Positions 47,455 through 48,697 of a stretch of DNA of 48,697 nucleotides are shown here, piece by piece. A program made the translations under genes and the position numbers. The DNA is from an uncultured Bacteroides sp. Its GTDB lineage: Bacteria > Bacteroidota > Bacteroidia > Bacteroidales > Muribaculaceae. The notes beneath the pieces were generated by a model. The model was not told the DNA's origin and did not search any database. It saw nothing but the letters and a program-made list of their open reading frames with translations. The stretch's first letter is position 1. The number at the start of each line of letters is the position of its first letter. The stretch covers positions 1 to 48,697 of the forward strand of contig CAYUFQ010000001.1 of assembly GCA_964444045.1 (NCBI GenBank), written 5' to 3'.

Positions 47455-48697
47455 ATGGCAAACGACATCCGCAAGATTGGCACTGCGCTGATCTCTGTCT
47501 ATCACAAAGATGGACTTGATGAATTATTGGCCTTGCTCCATAAGGCCGGAGTTAAGTTTCTGAGCACCGGCGGCACCCGCTCTTTCATTGAGGGGCTGGG
47601 ATATGAGTGCGACGCCGTTGAAGACCTCACCGGCTATCCGTCGATTCTCGGCGGCCGCGTCAAGACGCTGCATCCCAAGGTGTTCGGCGGTATTCTTAAC
47701 CGCCGCGACAACGAAGGCGACCGAGAGCAGATAGCCAAATACGAAATACCCGGAATTGACCTTGTGATAGTTGACCTCTATCCGTTTGAGGCCACCGTCG
47801 CTTCGGGCGCTTCGGATGCTGATATTATAGAAAAGATTGATATAGGCGGCATTTCGCTCATACGCGGTGCGGCCAAGAACTGGAAAGACGTTGTAATCGT
47901 TGCCTCGAAGGCCCAGTATGCTCCGCTCACCGAGATTATCAAGGCCCAGGGCGCCGAAACCACCGGAGCCCAGCGCCGATGGTTCGCCAAGGAGGCCTTC
48001 GCAGTGAGCAGCCACTACGACAGCGCTATTTTCAACTATTTCGACGGCGATGCCGAGGAGCCCTCGGCCCTGCGGGTGGCCGTTGACGGCATCAAGCCTA
48101 TGCGCTATGGCGAGAATCCTCATCAGCGCGGCTATTTCTTCGGCAATTTCAATGAAATGTTTACCCAGCTTCACGGCAAGGAGATAAGCTATAACAACCT
48201 GCTCGACATCGATGCCGCCGTTAGCCTGATGGCTGACTTTACCGACACTACGTTTGCCGTGCTCAAGCACAACAATGCATGCGGAGTGGCCTCGCGCCCC
48301 ACTGTGGCCGAGGCCTGGCGCGATGCCCTTGCCGGCGACCCCGTCAGCGCCTTTGGCGGTGTGCTCATCACCAACCGCAAGGTCACTGCCGAAGCCGCCA
48401 AGGAGATTAACAGCATCTTCTTCGAGGTGATTATCGCTCCCGGCTATGAGGATGAGGCGCTTGAGGTGCTTAAGAGCAAGAAGAACCGCATCATTCTGGT
48501 GCAGCACGCTCCGGCGGCCGCGACCATGAGCTTCCGTTCGTGTCTGAACGGCGCTTTGGTGCAGGCCCGCGACCTGAAGGTGGAAACCGCGCAGGATCTC
48601 ACTCCGGCCACCAACACCCCCGTAGACCCCTCGCAGATTGAAGACCTGCTGTTTGCCAACAAAATCGTGAAGCACTCCAAGAGCAACGCCATAGTGC
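47455..48697 (+). CDS. purH: bifunctional AICAR transformylase / IMP cyclohydrolase (3' end lies outside the window)
   Basis: I translated this by hand; it is absent from the ORF track because no stop codon falls within the window. MANDIRKIGTALISVYHKDGLDELLALLHKAGVKFLSTGGTRSFIEGLGYECDAVEDLTGYPSILGGRVKTLHPKVFGGIL...KHNNACGVA... is classic PurH, open to the last base. Confidence 0.9.
   Translation, partial: MANDIRKIGTALISVYHKDGLDELLALLHKAGVKFLSTGGTRSFIEGLGYECDAVEDLTGYPSILGGRVKTLHPKVFGGILNRRDNEGDREQIAKYEIPGIDLVIVDLYPFEATVASGASDADIIEKIDIGGISLIRGAAKNWKDVVIVASKAQYAPLTEIIKAQGAETTGAQRRWFAKEAFAVSSHYDSAIFNYFDGDAEEPSALRVAVDGIKPMRYGENPHQRGYFFGNFNEMFTQLHGKEISYNNLLDIDAAVSLMADFTDTTFAVLKHNNACGVASRPTVAEAWRDALAGDPVSAFGGVLITNRKVTAEAAKEINSIFFEVIIAPGYEDEALEVLKSKKNRIILVQHAPAAATMSFRSCLNGALVQARDLKVETAQDLTPATNTPVDPSQIEDLLFANKIVKHSKSNAIV

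Noticed and set aside
47524-48675. A 383-aa minus-strand ORF at the right end of the window.
   Set aside because: It is antisense to the unmistakable purH reading frame on the plus strand.

Overview
This window reads as a high-GC chromosomal segment (roughly 60% by eye) from a Bacteroidota, probably Bacteroidales, genome. Three things support that: recurrent TAnnTTTG -7 promoter boxes just upstream of start codons, two proteins ending in T9SS C-terminal sorting domains, and A-rich leaders with no Shine-Dalgarno sequence. Most of the roughly 35 genes are ordinary. Housekeeping genes include a SulP C-terminus, cca, OstA-like and SurA-like proteins, an RsmF-like methyltransferase, slyD, an M13 peptidase, ribH, an RluA-family synthase, topA, lgt, a TatD-like hydrolase, prfA and purH. 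A secreted glycan-degrading set comprises a GH123-like protein, a GH27 with NPCBM modules, and a GH2 with a lectin-like N-terminus. purH (47455 to the window end) is missing from the ORF track because it runs off the edge; the listed 383-aa minus-strand ORF there is its antisense shadow. Many other long ORFs in the track are GC-driven antisense shadows. Items worth a second look: (1) A compact four-gene phage-head module at 8.2-11.6 kb: a scaffold-like small protein, an HK97-type capsid-like protein, an unknown, and a portal-like protein. It has host-like composition, no terminase, tail, lysis or integrase genes, and cellular genes on both sides. This is my best candidate for an undescribed domesticated or satellite-type particle system. 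(2) A ~229-bp promoter plus structured-leader element present twice (3805-4032 and 7816-8044). The first copy drives a 1223-aa T9SS cargo gene. The second sits in an almost ORF-less copy of the same cassette that still has its terminator. (3) An AT-rich two-gene island at about 44.6-47.1 kb, encoding a phage-type A1S_2505-like/YopX-like fusion protein and a PD-(D/E)xK nuclease-like protein. (4) Two unusual inverted arrays of heptamer repeats (11598-11689 and 34726-34996). (5) A 33-nt x3 tandem repeat upstream of a low-GC AAA+/DUF4143 gene. All family assignments come from motif recognition by eye and need HMM or structure searches.
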